Shown here: piece after piece, positions 27,357-49,294 of the stretch
How positions within the stretch are numbered: the stretch's first letter is position 1
How the letters are laid out: every line of letters starts with the position of its first letter
NCBI RefSeq assembly: GCF_009914755.1
Contig: NC_060935.1
Origin: the human T2T-CHM13v2.0 reference genome, Homo sapiens
DNA length: 64,000 nt
Reading direction: 5' to 3' (one strand)
Notes under the pieces: generated by a model
The model's input: only the letters and a program-made list of their open reading frames with translations
The model's database searches: none
Told to the model about the DNA's origin: nothing
Program-made: the position numbers and the translations under genes

Positions 27357-29715
27357 TTAACCTGTCTAATCATTTTTACTTATTATGAGTTTGAATATTT
27401 GTTTACAGTGAATATTTGTATAATTGAATTCAATTTGTTACCAAATTGAATATTTGGTAATAAAGTGGCATAATAAACCAAAAGAGAAGAGAAACAAGGA
27501 AATGAGATATTATGATGATGATATAATATTATTATATATTATTATCAATATTATTTAAATTGTGATAATTTTGTATAAAATGTAAACATTTATGCTTTTA
27601 CCTCAATATTTTAGAGAATGTCTGAACAGTTGTAGATATATTCAATCCAAAATATATAGCTCAGAGAATAATTATGAGCAATAAACTGGTGATGATAAGT
27701 TTACTCTTTCTTTTCATATATGCCTTACATCCAGTAACATCTGTACCTTTTAGTCATGCCTAGTAGTCTTTTTCTCTCCAGCTGTATCACAGTTCAAGCC
27801 ACCGTCATTTATCTCCTGGATTATAGTGGCCACCTCAAGGATGATGACTGTCTTCAGGCTTCAAGGAAGACAGTCCTGCTTTCTCTCCATTTAATTTCCT
27901 CTTCTGTTGCTAAACCAGTCCTTTTTAAAGCAAAACTCTATTTGTGTCATCTCCCAACTTAACCCCCTTCAATGGCTTCTTGTAATTCTTGGGTAAAATC
28001 CATTTGTAATATGGCTTTTTCTGTGGCCTATTTTCAACTCTACTTCTTGCTACTCTCTTCCTTGCTTTTGATGTCTTGACAAGACTTCTTTTATTTTTAG
28101 GAGCTGACCTTCCTGTCTTTCAGCTCTTGCTCTTTACTAATACTTTCTCCTCTTCCTGGATTGCTGAATATCCCCTGAATTCCCCCAAACCACCTAAACA
28201 TCTCTTAACTTCTACCTTAGAAATCACTACAACCTCAGAGGTCACTTATGCTTTTGGCACTATACGGTGCTTTATAAGCACTCAAATTCAGTGATTTTCC
28301 AATCTTGCTGGTAGTCAGAAACACCGGCCAAGCTTTTTTAAAAATATGCACTCTTAGGCTTCAGTCTAGATCAGCTGATTCATAATCACTACATTATGTT
28401 GTCCAGGAGTATGTTTTCCAAAAGCCTCAAAAGCAATCTTAGGATCAGATAGATTTGAGAATGATTACAGACCAGTAGTTGTCATCCCCTCTCACACTTT
28501 AGAACACATATAAAGCTTTGAAAAAAATTCAGGCCTGGCTGCACTGCACCCCAGCATTGGGCAATAAAACCCTTGTGATTGGTAACAAACTGGCAGAGTA
28601 AGCCAAAGGAGAGGAGAAACAAGACAATGAGATATCATTTAAAAAAGATGAACAGAACCCACATTGAAGTTTTGAAAAAACCTTGGCAAAGCCAAAAGAC
28701 AAATCATTGGCAATGCCAACCAAGAAATAGAGATGCAAATAAATGAAATTCCCCCAAAAGAACCTTTTGGTTCTCTGGAAAATATATATCTGGAAAATAT
28801 AAAAAACTTACATTATAAAATAGATAAAAATACAATATAAAAATAGAATAGAAAATAATCATGTAATATATAACAGTAAGAATAAGAATATAATCATCAT
28901 GATGATAAACCTTTTTCTATTTTTCCCACCTCCACAAGTCACAGGCTGAGATGCTTTTATTGGTGAGTACAGACATCCCTAACTTATATAACAAGGAAAA
29001 ACAAACCAATTAATTTTATAAGAATGGAATATATTTTATACTAAAACTAGGTAAGTATGATACAAGAAAAGTACAGGCCCATTTTATTCATGGAGATGAC
29101 TTTTAAATTCTCTGTCTCTTTCTCTCTGTGTGTATGTGCATATATGCATATACATATAAAAGTATATAGGTAGATTAGATAAATATATACAGGTGTGTGT
29201 GCATTTGTCATGGTTGATTATGGGTGAATTCAGGGTTGTAAAAATGGTTCTAGAGTGAAAAATCTTGTAGTATAATTTATATATTAATGGATTAAAGATA
29301 AAATCTCATGATTTTTCACTGTTCTCAGACTTATCTGATTGGATTGCAGCTGCAATAAAAGGATTTGATGTATTTCAACATTTACTTAGCATTACAATTC
29401 AGTAATAGGAAACCTTAAACATTTTAAAAGTCAAGGAGGCAAGGATGTTAGCCACAATTAACTGAATTAATGTTCAACATAACGTTAGAAGTCCTGAACA
29501 ATAAAATAAAACAAACAAACAAAAATCCAAGGTATGAGAATGATGGGGGGAGAAACAGACTTTTTTTCCCTTCTTTTCTTTATTTTTTATAGATGTTGTG
29601 ACTGTTTGCAAAGAAACCAGAGTTAGCAAATTATTAGTATTAAGATAGCAAGAAGCCGAATACAAAACAAACTCACAAACTCAAAAGCATTTAAATTATA
29701 GACAATACATTCGAG

Positions 29716-35856
<6,141 letters not shown>

Positions 35857-36469
35857 AGAAAATACAATTGAGGAAGCTCTGTCCTTAATGGAGGTATTTT
35901 GAAAACTCTTTTAAGGATATTTTTTAAAGGTCTGAATGAATGGAAAGATGTAGCACTTTGAAATGTGGTAAGGCTTAACATGATAAAGTTGTTAATTCTC
36001 TCTCAAAAAAAATTAAAAATTTTCTGTATTTCTAATTAAATTCTTAAGATGGGAGATGGAATCTGATTAACTAATTCCAAAATTTTAGGGAATATAATCA
36101 TTTATAAAGAGGAACTATTTAAAAAATACTAGCCCTAGTGTAAATTATTGAAATAAAATATAATTGTAAAGTGCAATATCAGTCAAATAAACCAATCAAA
36201 AGAAGTAGATACCTTAGAAGCAGACTTGAAGTTTATTATAGGTTAATGGTACCATCAGAAATCAGAAAATTATATTTCGTAAATTGTATCAAGAAAATGG
36301 TTTCACTATATTGAAAAAAACCCAAAGATTCCTATCACACACTACATACTAAAGTTCCAAATGCATTAAAGACCTTAATACGAATATTGTAACTAAAAGT
36401 TCAATATAAAGACATTTATAATTTCCTTATGACCTCACATCAGTAAGTATTTCTTAAATAAGACCTCCA

Positions 36470-36670
36470 AAGCGATTCTCCTGCCTCAGCCGCCTGAATA
36501 GCTGGGATTACAGACGCCTGCCATCATGCCTGACTAATTTTTTCTATTTTTAGTAGAGATGGGGTTTCACCATGTTGGCCAGGCTGGCCTCAAACTCCTG
36601 ACCTCAAGTGATCTGCCTGCCTCGGCCTCCCAAAGTGCTGGGATTACGGTGTGAGCCACCATGCCCGGCC
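36470..36670 (-). mobile_element. AluS, partial (tail end missing)
   Basis: agcgattctcctgcctcagc...gagccaccatgcccggcc. Confidence 0.88.
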
Positions 36671-37250
36671 AATAAATCCAATTTGTTTAGGAGACTGGAT
36701 AAGTTAAACTTTGTATATTCATAGAATGAAATACATGCAATTCTCAGACATCATGAACTACATTTACATATAGCAACATGATTAGATTTCAAAAAACAAT
36801 TTTGAATGAAAAAATTAAGTATGTAAATTAAAATAAATACAAACACTAACTCATAACTATATATCTTCCTAGTCCACATATATACATAAATACATGTATT
36901 GAATAAGAATTGAAACACTGAGAAATAACTAGTATGGAATGGGTGCGTATGGGAAAAGAGGAAGGAGAGTATGGATGGGAAATAATTTTTTTTTAAGTAT
37001 AACAAAAGAGTTCTGTTTCAATATGACCAAGTAACTTGTGACTCTCTTTCAGATTGCAATGTTCAACTCTGAACGAAATGCCAAAAACAAGTACCTGAAG
37101 GCTAAAGACAGTGAACAAAAGCAGGCAAGTTTTGGTGGGAAGATGAAACTTGGAAGAAGGTGCCATTAAGAGGAGGTAAGTTTCCTGGTTTTGATGTGTT
37201 AGCCTGAGGGCAGTCTACTAGCAGAGTAGCTAAAACACAATAGAAAGCCA

Positions 37251-37252
<2 letters not shown>

Positions 37253-37298
<46 letters not shown>
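37253..37298 (+). repeat. Pure T46 homopolymer (A46 on the NXPE1 sense strand)
   Basis: Counted directly. Confidence 0.95.
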
Positions 37299-37300
<2 letters not shown>

Positions 37301-37854
37301 GCTTGAACAACCTGAGAGCAGAGTCTGCAGCAACACAGTCACTGGATGGAGGGGGAAATCCCAGAACAGAGGCAGAGAAGGTCATGCCGCAATTTCTGAG
37401 TATGAACTTTGCTTAGATCTCTAGCTGACCCCTGAGGCACACCTGTGGGGTAGACCCAAAGCAATCTGCAGCTAGTCAGAACTCAACTGAGATGTGATTT
37501 ACTTATAACCACAGGTTGGGTCAGTTTGCAGTTTGAGTTGAACCAAGTTAATCGATTGCCTGCCATAGCAAAAACATCGACACTATTCTGAGGAGTAAAA
37601 CGGAATCCGTGGTTTCCACAACATAACAGTCACAATTCAAAATTACTCAGCATAGGAGGAACCAGAAAAAGGCAGTCCTTTGCAAAAGATAAGACAATTA
37701 ATGGAAGCCAACCCTGAGATAACATAGATGTTGGCCTGATCAGACAAGGACTATGAAACAGCTATTATAACTATGCTCAATGAGGTAAAAGAAAATATGT
37801 TGTAATGAATGGAAAGATAAGAAATCTCAGCAAGGATGGAGAAATATTTAGAAA

Positions 37855-38210
37855 TGTCGATGAAAAGAGTCAAACTCTGTAAAATATTTGAATAGATTTA
37901 TTCTGAGCCAAATATGAGCGACCACGACACGTGACACAGCCGTCAGGAGGTCCTGAGAACATGTGCCCAAGGTGGTTGGGGTTCAGCTTGGTTATATACA
38001 TTTTGGGGAGGCATGAAACATCAATCAAATACATTTGAAAAATACATTGGTTTGTTCCAGAAAGGCAGGACAATTTGAAGTGGGGGGGATGGTGCTTCCA
38101 GGCTATAGGTAAATTTAATCATTTCTGGTTGACAATTGGTTGAGTTTGTATAAAGACCTGAGATTAATAGAAGAATTTGAGCAAGATAAAAAATCAGAGC
38201 TTAGTCCTCA
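37855..38210 (-). mobile_element. MER4-family ERV1 solo LTR, internally deleted
   Basis: Minus strand begins tgaggactaagctctgatttttt and ends tttgactcttttcatcgaca. 4-bp TSD gaaa at 37851-37854 / 38211-38214. Confidence 0.8.
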
Positions 38211-39386
38211 GAAAGAACCAAACAAATTTTACAAAAGAACCAAACAATATCTGAGATAAAAATATATCTCTTAATTCACTATGCTAAACTGCCTCCCTGC
38301 TTCTCAATGTTTATCTGTTAGATCAAGTTTATGTTTATCAATTGTGTTTAGACCTTATCTCCATTTACTAAGTTAAGGTCTTTTTGATTTATAAGTTTCT
38401 GAAAGAGGCATAATAAAAATTCCCACTATGGCTGTGGCTATATCAATTTTAGCTTGTAATTCTGACTGTTCCCACTTTTGTATGTTGAGATTTTTTGCTA
38501 GGGTCATTCACATTTATGATTATTATATCTGCTTTGTAAATTGTTCCTTATGTAGCATCTCACTTTATCCTTATTTATGTCTTTTCTTAAATTCTATTTT
38601 CTTTACTTTTTAACATCAATATTTTGTCAAAATTTGTAGAGTAAAATGTTTAAGAAAATCAAGGAAAGAAAATATGAGCCAGAAATTTTATAAGAAGACA
38701 AACTGACCTTTAATTATAAGAGTCACAGGCAAGTTCTAATGAAAACATTAGAATTCAGGGACTATTTTTCCCAGATCGTTCCTAAGGAATCTACTAAACA
38801 GCATGAACATTAAACAACCAACATAATTGAAAAGTTTGATATGAGGATTTATGGTAAGGATGAATCATATATTTATTTACAGAAATAAGTCTAAATTATG
38901 CTTACAAGGAATAGAGAATAGTATGCAATGGTTGTGTGCTCTGACAATGTAGATACAGTACAACTATAAAAAATTGGTGGGGGAGTGGGGAGAGCTATGA
39001 AAAGCAGAATTAGCTTGTCATTTGCCTTATAGTTATTAACTGAAGTAAAAGGACATTACTTCAAATCAGATGTTGAGGAAAAGGGAGAGTTGGGGCAAAA
39101 GAGGTTTATAGTTACTTTCAATATTGCTCATTAGAGGGAAGCAATAGTCATTTACCAAGAAAAAAGTAAAGAAGGGTTATATAATGGATTAAAATAAACA
39201 TAATCATTAGAACAAAAATATAAACCTCACTAAATCACAGTAAAAAACAAGCAAATAAACTAGACCCTATGAAGACATGAATATATATGATTATAACACA
39301 AAACAATATGTCATACTGACACCAAACATATTTACCACATCAATAAATATAAATTAGCTTATCTCACCAATTAAAGTATATTTTCA

Positions 39387-39947
<561 letters not shown>

Positions 39948-42043
39948 TCTTTTTAGATTGGTTAACAAAGCCAAATCACTGTGGCTTACATAAGAGACAT
40001 ACTTATGGCACAGATTCAGAAAGATTTTTTAACAAAGAAGAATGGTACTTAATAATGAGAGATTAAACACTTCCCCAATATTGGAACCAGTCAAGAATGT
40101 CCTCTTTCACCACTCCTATTCAACAATGTAGTGGAAGTCCTAACTAGTACAATAAAACAAGAAGGAAAAATAAGAGACATACATATTGGAAAGGAAAAAG
40201 TAAAGCTGTTTTTATTAACAAATTACATGACTGTCTACGTAGAATCTACCCAAAGAATCTATAGAAAATTCTTGGAACTACTAAGTAAATATAGCAAGGT
40301 TTCAGGACACAAGTCAATATATAAAATTTAATTGTTTTGCTATATACTAGCAATGAACAATTGGAATTTGAAATTACAAAAAAGAAAACCATTTACAATA
40401 GCACCAAAAAAGTGAAGCACTTAAGTATAAATCTAACAAAATATATACAGGATCTGTATGTAGAAAGCTGTGAAACATTAATGGAAGAAATTTTAAAAAA
40501 TCTAAATAAATGGAGAGAGATTCCATGTTCATGGATTGGACAGACTAAATATTGTTAGGATGTCAGTTCTTCCCAACTTGATTTATTGATTCAATACCAT
40601 TTCAATAAAAATCCCAGCAATTTTTTTGTAGCAATCAACAAACTGACTGAAATTTTATATGGAAAGGTAAAGGAACCAAAATAACTCAATTCTGAGAAAG
40701 AAGAACAAAATGGGAAAAATCTCATTGTCCCACTTCAAGGCTTATTACAAAGCTGCCGTTATCAAGACAATGCAGTGTTGGTGAAAGAATGAACAGATTA
40801 ATCAAGGGAACATAATAGAAAGCCAATAAACAAATGCATACAAATATTATCAACTGATTTTTGACATAGGCACAAAGGCAATTTGATGGAAAAATGAGTC
40901 TTTTCAGCAAATAGTGCTGGAACAATTAGACGTTCATACATAAAAAAATGAGCCTAGACACAGACCTCACAATTGACAGAAAAGTTAACTCTAAATGGAT
41001 GACAGACCTAAATAAATATAAAATCTAAAATTTCTGGAAGAAAACACACATGAAAATCTGTGTGAACTTGAGCTGTTGATGAGGTTTTAGAAATAATATA
41101 AAAAGCACAATCCATGAAAGAAAAACTGATAAGTTAGATTTTATTAAAAATTAAAGCTTCTGCCCTGTGAAAGACACTGTTAAGAGGATGCAGAGATAAG
41201 CCATAGAGTGTGAGAATATATTTTAAAAACACTTATCAGGTAAAGGACTTCATCTAGAATATACAAAGAACTCTTAAAACTCAATAATAAGAGAAAACAA
41301 TTTTAAAATGTGCAAAAGATCTGAATGGACACCTCACCAAAGAAGAGACACGCATTACAACTAAATATATAAAAAAGACACTCAATTTTATTCGTCAGGG
41401 AGACAAATTAGAACAGCAATGAAATACTAATACATATCAATTAGAATGGCTAAAATTTAAAAAAAAACCTGACAATACCAGTTGCTGGTGAGAATGTAGA
41501 GCAGTAGGATTCTCACTCATTGCTGGTGGGAATCCAAAATGGCACAGCTACTTTGAAAGACACTTTGATAATATCTTATAAAGCTAAACATAGTCTTACC
41601 ATTCAATATAGCAGTTTTTCTCCTGTATACATATCCAGTTGATTTGAATGCTTATGTCCACACAAATACCTGCACATGAATGTTTATAGCAGCTTTGATC
41701 ATAGTTGCCCAAAACTGGAAGCAACCAAGAGCTCTTCAGTAGGTGAATATAGATAAACAAATTGTAGTACATTGATACAGTGGGACAATATTTAGCAATA
41801 AGAAAAATGAGCTATCAATCCATGCAACAACATAGGTGAATCTTAAATGCATAATGCTAAGAGAAAGAAGCCCATCTGAAAAGGCTATGCACTGTATGAC
41901 TGCATTACTATGACATTCTGGAAAAAGGTGGTTCTATAGAGATCAAAAACCAATCAATGGTTGCCAGAGATTTGGGGAGGGGAGAAAGTTGAATAGGTGA
42001 ATCAGAGGGGGACTTTTTAGGTCAGTGAAATTACTGTGTATGA

Positions 42044-42402
<359 letters not shown>

Positions 42403-42872
42403 GAGTGAATCTTAATGTATGCAAAATAAAAAAATCAATAAGGAGATTGAGGGACTAAATGGTAGAACACAGTGTTTTAACTGTATTACAAATTTAACTG
42501 TATTACAAATGTATGACATAACCTTGCTGGATAAAAGTGCTGACCTAAGCTGCTTTGGAAATTAATAGAGTCTGTAAGGCGAAAGACAAAAAGAACTGCA
42601 TATAAGCACTGTACTCTCAGTTAACAATTCTGAAACCATTGTATGTGTATGCTGGGAGATGAACAAATAAGTAAATAAATAGATGACAGATGGTGGGAGC
42701 CAGATTCCTCATGATTGATGTGGTAGGTGAAGGCTAGTGTGTGAACCATGTAGTGATAGATGAGAGAAATATCAGTATGAGCCCATGTTTAGCTTAATAT
42801 AGATTGAAATGGATATTTTACATATAATTATAGATATGCATGTATTACTGGCTAGTATCATACATATATATA

Positions 42873-43015
42873 TTTTTTCTTTTTCTTTTTTTTTTTTTAG
42901 AGATGGGGTTTTGCTATGTTGACCAGACTGGTCCCGAATTCCTGGCCTCAAACGATCCTCCCATCTCACCCTCCCAAAGTGCTAGGATTACAGGCATGGG
43001 GCACCATGCCTGGCC
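42873..43015 (-). mobile_element. Alu monomer (FLAM/AluJ left arm)
   Basis: T-tail plus agagatggggttttgctatgttg...caccatgcctggcc. Confidence 0.8.
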
Positions 43016-43821
43016 AATATTTCTGAGCGCTGTCTTCTGAGAGGGCCTAGAAGCAAAGACACCCCAATAGTAACAAACAGAGCCAGTGTCTAGATCTTTG
43101 TTTCCAATACCATTCTCCAGTGAAAGGAATCAGGGCTCCTTGGATAAACGGCTGATTCTAGGGCTGGGGCAGGGAATATACAAGATGAGCCTAAAGCATC
43201 TTGTAGTGTCGGAAAGCAAGAAATGCTCAAAAGAAGCAAACAAACAAAGGAACACAGGAACCAATGGAAAGAGCTCTCAATGGCCAAAGTAGAACAATTT
43301 GAGTAACAAAATAATGTACTGTTGGATTATGTCCCAAAGTATGAAATAAATATCTATGAATTCACACTGATGTAAATGAATGATTGAATAAACAAATATG
43401 TAAGGGATAATAGACAAATCTCTTGTACAGAAGAATTCCAGATAATGTATGCAGATTCTCCCCACTCAAGGAGATGGAACAGAACTGCCCAATCCTTAAG
43501 TGTGGAATTGACCTAGTGACCTCTTTTGAAAGAGTACAGTAAAGAGCAGGGTGGGGCAGAAGGAAGAGTAATCTTACTGTGGAGAAACCTGATGAACATC
43601 AGCTCAGCCAGGTGATCAAGATTAACATCATCAGTGATGTCATATTGACAGCATGCATCCTTGATGTGATGTGATGAGTGGAAGACCACTTAGCTCTGTG
43701 ATCTTCCTTCCCTAAACCCATGAATTCTGTTTAACCATGAGAAAAATAACAGACAAACTAACATGGAAGGACAGTTTACAAAATACCAGACCACTGTTCC
43801 TTAAAACTGTCAATGTCATCA

Positions 43822-44222
<401 letters not shown>

Positions 44223-44399
44223 TTAAGGAAATCTGAATAATATATGGACTTCAAATTGTAAGTATCAGTATGGTTTTATTGGTTATGCTACAATAATGTT
44301 GAAATGGAGGATATTGGGTACAGGGTATAGAAGAACTTCCTGTAATATTCTTACAATTTTTCTGTAAACCTGAAACTAACCTAAAGTAAAAAGTTTATT

Positions 44400-47200
44400 A
44401 AATCTTAAGAAAATCAGAGATTGAACAATTAAATACCACATTAAAAAAAAGGGAAAGGAAATCTTGGTATCTGATAAGGTAACATTCATAACCAAAAAAG
44501 TATTAAGAGATGAAGCAGGATACCATATATGCAAAAGGATAATTAAAACACAAGCAATGAATATTTATGCACCGAGTACAGAGATACATGCTTAAAGCAG
44601 AAAATATAAGAGATTCAAGAATACTTAGAGAAATTCACTTTAAGGATAGCCACATCTAATATGTGACTTATTTATAGCATGCCAAGTGAACAAAGTTAGT
44701 AAGGCTATTAAAGAACTAATAACCATAAAGACAGATCGTGTAGATATATACTGAACTCTGAATTCTAATAATAGAGAATATAACTTTAGAGGAACATATG
44801 AAACCTTTACAAATATTCTCTATATCTTAGGTCATGAAGAAAACCTCAATAAATGCTAACTGGTAGAAATAATAATAAAGGCAGCATTCTTATAATGCAG
44901 GTATTTAATAGAGATTTATGAAATAAAAACCCCAAATACCATTCCACTCAGAAGTTAAAAATGTTTCTAAACAACTCGTGACTCAAAGAAAAATATAAAT
45001 AAAATCAATTGGGTATTTTGAAAGTAACTATAATTAATGCATATTATGTTAGAATCTATGAGATACAGCTAAAAGAATTATCAGTTAAGTTTATAGCATT
45101 AAGTACCTATGTAAATGAGGAGATAAAACTAAATGAATTAAACACCCAGTTAAAAAGTTAGAAAAAGGAAAACAGAGTAAATCAAAAGAAAGAAAAAGGT
45201 AGGAATTGATAGGAAGGTAAAAGCAAAAGTAATGCATTAAAATACAGAAAAATAGTAGAAGAAACAAAAACCTGGGTTTTATTTTGAAAGAATAAAAAAT
45301 AAAAAAATAGACAAGCCACTAGTGAATCTAATCAATTCAAAAGGAAGAAAACACAAATATGCAAAATTAGACATCTTTGAGGGAAAACCTGAAAAGGGGG
45401 AAAAGTTTAAAAGTAACAAGATGATTTTCACAATTTTAAGCAAATACATATGAGAATCTAGATAAAATGGATAACTCAGAAAATACAACCTATCAAAATT
45501 GACCTGAGTGACATTAAAAAAATAGAGAATAGTGAAAAAAGTAGCAGAGCACTGCTACTGAATGCACAAAGCCAGGCTGATGGAATTCTACCAAACTTTA
45601 AAGATCAGTCAATCCCAATATTACTTAAATAAGTTCAGAGCACTAGAAACAAATAAAAACAAAAAGCTTCCAAATCAATTCTTACGAAATAAGTATAATG
45701 TATTTTCCAAAACCTAATATTGTACCAAGAACTTTAGATTTATGAATATTGAGATATACATCTTAAATAAAATATTGGCAAGCAATCCAAATGAACATTA
45801 CACAAAAATAATACATCATAATTCAGAGAGTTTTATTCCAGGAATACACATTTTGTTCCGTTTTTAATGTAATTCTTCACATTAATACAGCTAATGTGAG
45901 GAATTACATGATTATCTTCATAAAAGCACAATAGGACTTTGACAAAATTAGTACTGATTCATGTTGAAAAACACAACAGAAAGAAATTTATGGATTTCCT
46001 CTACACATAAAATATATACTTTAACTCAAAAGCTTGCATTTTACTTAAGGGAAACACTAAAGGCTTTGTCACCAAAATCAGGAACAAGACAAGGATGCCT
46101 ACTATCTCATTACTTTCAACATTGGGATGGAGGTGTTAGCTAATGCAGTTAGAGAAGAGAAAGCAATTCGAGACACTGGAATTGAAAAGGAAATAAAAAT
46201 AATCTTTATTTTCAGATGCAATTGTTATTTATCTGAAAAACCCCAAAGTATCAATGGAGAAATGACTACAAATAATAAAAGAATTTAGTAAAATAGTAGG
46301 AAATAATATATAAAAAAATAGCTTTTGTGTATATAGACAAAAAATAGAGAGAAGCTAAAATGGAAGTGACAATCCAATATATGGCAGCAAAATGATAATA
46401 AAATACTTAAGTGTACATTTAGCACACGTGTCCAAGATTTATATGAGGAAAACTCACAAAACACTACTGAAGAAAACAAAATTGAACAAATGTAAAGGAA
46501 ACCATGTCCTTGGATAGAAAAACTTAACATCATAAGGATGTTGTTTAGTCTTCCAAGGTTAACTTATACATTTAATAAAATCACAATAACAATGTCCTAA
46601 ATATCTTCTGGGTCAGACAGGCCAGTTAGAAAGTTCACTTGAAAGGATAAGTGAAAGAGAATAGTTACAAAACGTATGGGGAATAGAAAAGCCAAAAGTG
46701 TTGGGTGTGGGTGGGATTAGCTCTACTAGATATTAAAACTTACTTGTAAAAATCTTTGTAATTAAAGTAGGATGGTATTGATGCATGAATAAAAAGACAA
46801 TGTAACAGAATTGAAAATCAGAAATAGACCTCATTATATATACAAATTTAGTATGCTACGGAGGCCGCACTCAACATCAGTGAGGATATAGAATGGAATT
46901 TTAAATAAGAAGATTAGGATAATTGGAGAGTCATATGGAAAAAGTTAAATGAGATTGATGTCTTATATCTTTCAACAGCGTAAATTCCAAGTGGATCAGA
47001 TATTTATAGACAATGTAACTATACAAGTAAAAAAATAAGAAAACATGGATGAATACCTGTATAATCTTTGAGCGGGAAAAACTTTCTAACTGTGACTTAA
47101 CACACAGAAACATGTTATAAGGGAAACAGTACTGCTAAAAAAATAACTTTTGCATGGAAAAGGAAATCATAGACACAATAAAAAGATAAAATGACAAGCT
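44400..47200 (+). mobile_element. Highly decayed L1M ORF2
   Basis: A-rich, with residual motifs such as KSGTRQGCLLS (ORF 45961-46143). Confidence 0.65.
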
Positions 47201-47516
47201 GGATTTACATGGCCAGATTGAGTGTTTAAATAAGTTATTTACTGATGAGGAAGTTGGTAGCTTTAACAAGGGCCATTTTGGGAGCGTGTGCAAGGTCAAA
47301 TCCTAATTGGAATGGACTGAGGATGAATGGGAAATGAAGAAATAGAGGTTGTTGGTGTCCACAATGCCTCTAAGGAGTTAGGTAGAGAGAGAGAAGATAG
47401 GGCAGTAGTTGAGGTGGGGGAGGAGGGGCAGGACTAATGGAGTGGGACTGACTTGAGGCACGTCACACAGGTGAGGGCTTACTGTGTGATCTGCATCAAA
47501 GGTGATTTGCTCCTAC

Positions 47517-47615
47517 CTTTGTGAAGTTCTGAGAAATTATAAAAATCATCCAGGTTACTACTGAAAAAGAGATCAAGATCAGCAGCGTTTTTTGAAGCAT
47601 TGTATTTGAGGACAT
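47517..47615 (-). CDS. NXPE1: NXPE1 first coding exon (aa 1-33; cytoplasmic tail plus signal-anchor TM); the exon starts at 47625
   Basis: ctctcctag|gacattcgtcATG; MSSNTMLQKTLLILISFSVVTWMIFIISQNFTK; AAG|gtagga in phase 0, matching exon 2. Confidence 0.93.
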
Positions 47616-47796
47616 GACGAATGTCCTAGGAGAGATGACACAAGAGAGGAGTCGTGAGAAGTGAATCTCTCTGTACTCACTCATTATTTTATTTATAACT
47701 TGTAATTTGCCTCCAACATTTTGTTCTCCTTTTGTGAGTCACTGTCTTCTTTCCCTCTGCTAACTAACAACTCATACCCCCAATCCCTTTGTCTAC

Positions 47797-47855
47797 CTAT
47801 TGGATACTTCTTGTCGAGGTTTCACTCAGGATTGTTGCTTCCTCCTTCCAGGACC
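47797..47855 (-). other. NXPE1: Candidate NXPE1 5'UTR exon
   Basis: ttccatttcag| ... TAG|gtagac (weak donor). An alternative acceptor at 47877 is possible. Confidence 0.4.
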
Positions 47856-48387
47856 CTGAAATGGAAGTCAAAGTCACCTTATAGGTTCTCTTAATGCCCT
47901 CTGTATTTTCTTAGTTACAAGACATAACAATTACAATGAGAAGCAGAAAACTTAATTCATCAGCATGTCTTTTGGGGGAAGATTAGGGATAGTGGATGGA
48001 ACCACAGGAATATGCTCGTATTACAAAACATAATCTGTAAAATGCCTTTAAAGAAAGCCAGTCCTGTTAACTGGGCAGGGAGGTGGGATGGGTAGCTTTT
48101 GTTTTGCTGAATGCCAAGTCTGAAATTTGGAAATGGAAACTCCTTCAGGAATGAATTACTCTGCATAATAAAGAAGAGATGATCCAATAAGGCTGGGCAC
48201 TGTGTGAGGAAGGGGGAAGAAGGAGATAGAAAGAGACAATGAGGGAGAGAGATGGAGAGAGAGAGAAAGAAGCTCCTCCATACCATGCCCATGTTAGTAC
48301 TGTCATGGAGAACAGAAATAAAATTATATGATTTAAATAGCTTATTTTAGGAAACAAAATGTAAAGCCTTGCCTCTTTGTCCCTTAC

Positions 48388-48474
48388 CAAATCCTCAGTG
48401 AAGTCTCAATTGTGTGAAAGGTTTTGTGTGAGTGGTTTCGTTTTGTGGAATCCAAAAAGTTCTGTGTTTTGAAT
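48388..48474 (-). other. NXPE1: Candidate NXPE1 5'UTR exon (87 nt)
   Basis: gctctgcgcatccag| ... TTG|gtaagg. Confidence 0.45.
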
Positions 48475-49265
48475 CTGGATGCGCAGAGCAATTTAGATAC
48501 TTCACAGGCAAAATGGAAGTGAGAGAACAAAGGATCAGTTTAGAGTTGGTTAACCTTTGGGAAGTCCAAGATGAAATTATTTTAAACAAGATATAGTACA
48601 CAGTTGCAACTCATATTGAATCACTACCTTCTGATTGATCTATGACTTCCCAATTACTGAAGCGTGGTGTGAGAGAACTTGTAGAGGTGTTGAGTGTTGA
48701 GACCAAATGAATGAATACAGAAGAGAAGACAAGGGGCAGCTCTAATTTGTGTCACACACTATATTGCAATAGATTATTTACTTTTTGATTTCCAAAAGAC
48801 TGTCAATTTCTGAAGAATTGGAATAATGTCTATCGCAGCATTCCATGTCCAGTGTCTAGCATGGTGCCTGACAAGCACAATATTTGTTGAATAAATAATT
48901 TCAAAACAGAATCCCGATTTTTAGACCAACTTCAACTTCTGTCCACTGAAATTTCATATTTTCTCGGAATGTACAAAAAGCATGTTCAATAGGACAAAGA
49001 AGAAGAAATCAATCAAGGGGCTACTCTGACCCCTCCTGCCCCCGAGACTGATCCAGGTTTTCTGACTTTTAAGTGAATTTTGTAAAGTATGAGTTATAAT
49101 GTCTCATCTGATTCATTTTTCCTTGCCTAGAAAGTAGTGCGTATGGATATGTTTCAGCAGCATTGAAAAAAAAGTATGATTGCTATTGCACTTTTATAAA
49201 TCTTAGATTCTCAATCTCCTTTTCATAGATCTTTAAACTTATTCTGTAAAATACTGGGTACTTAC

Positions 49266-49294
49266 CCAATAGGTGTCAGGTAGCACAGAATGCA
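49266..49294 (-). other. NXPE1: Candidate NXPE1 5'UTR micro-exon (29 nt)
   Basis: Strong acceptor cttctccttattttcag| and strong donor TGG|gtaagt, only 29 nt apart. Confidence 0.6.

Noticed and set aside
42476-42510. 17-bp tandem duplication tttaactgtattacaaa
   Set aside because: Slippage duplication inside an old L1 3'UTR; no sign of function
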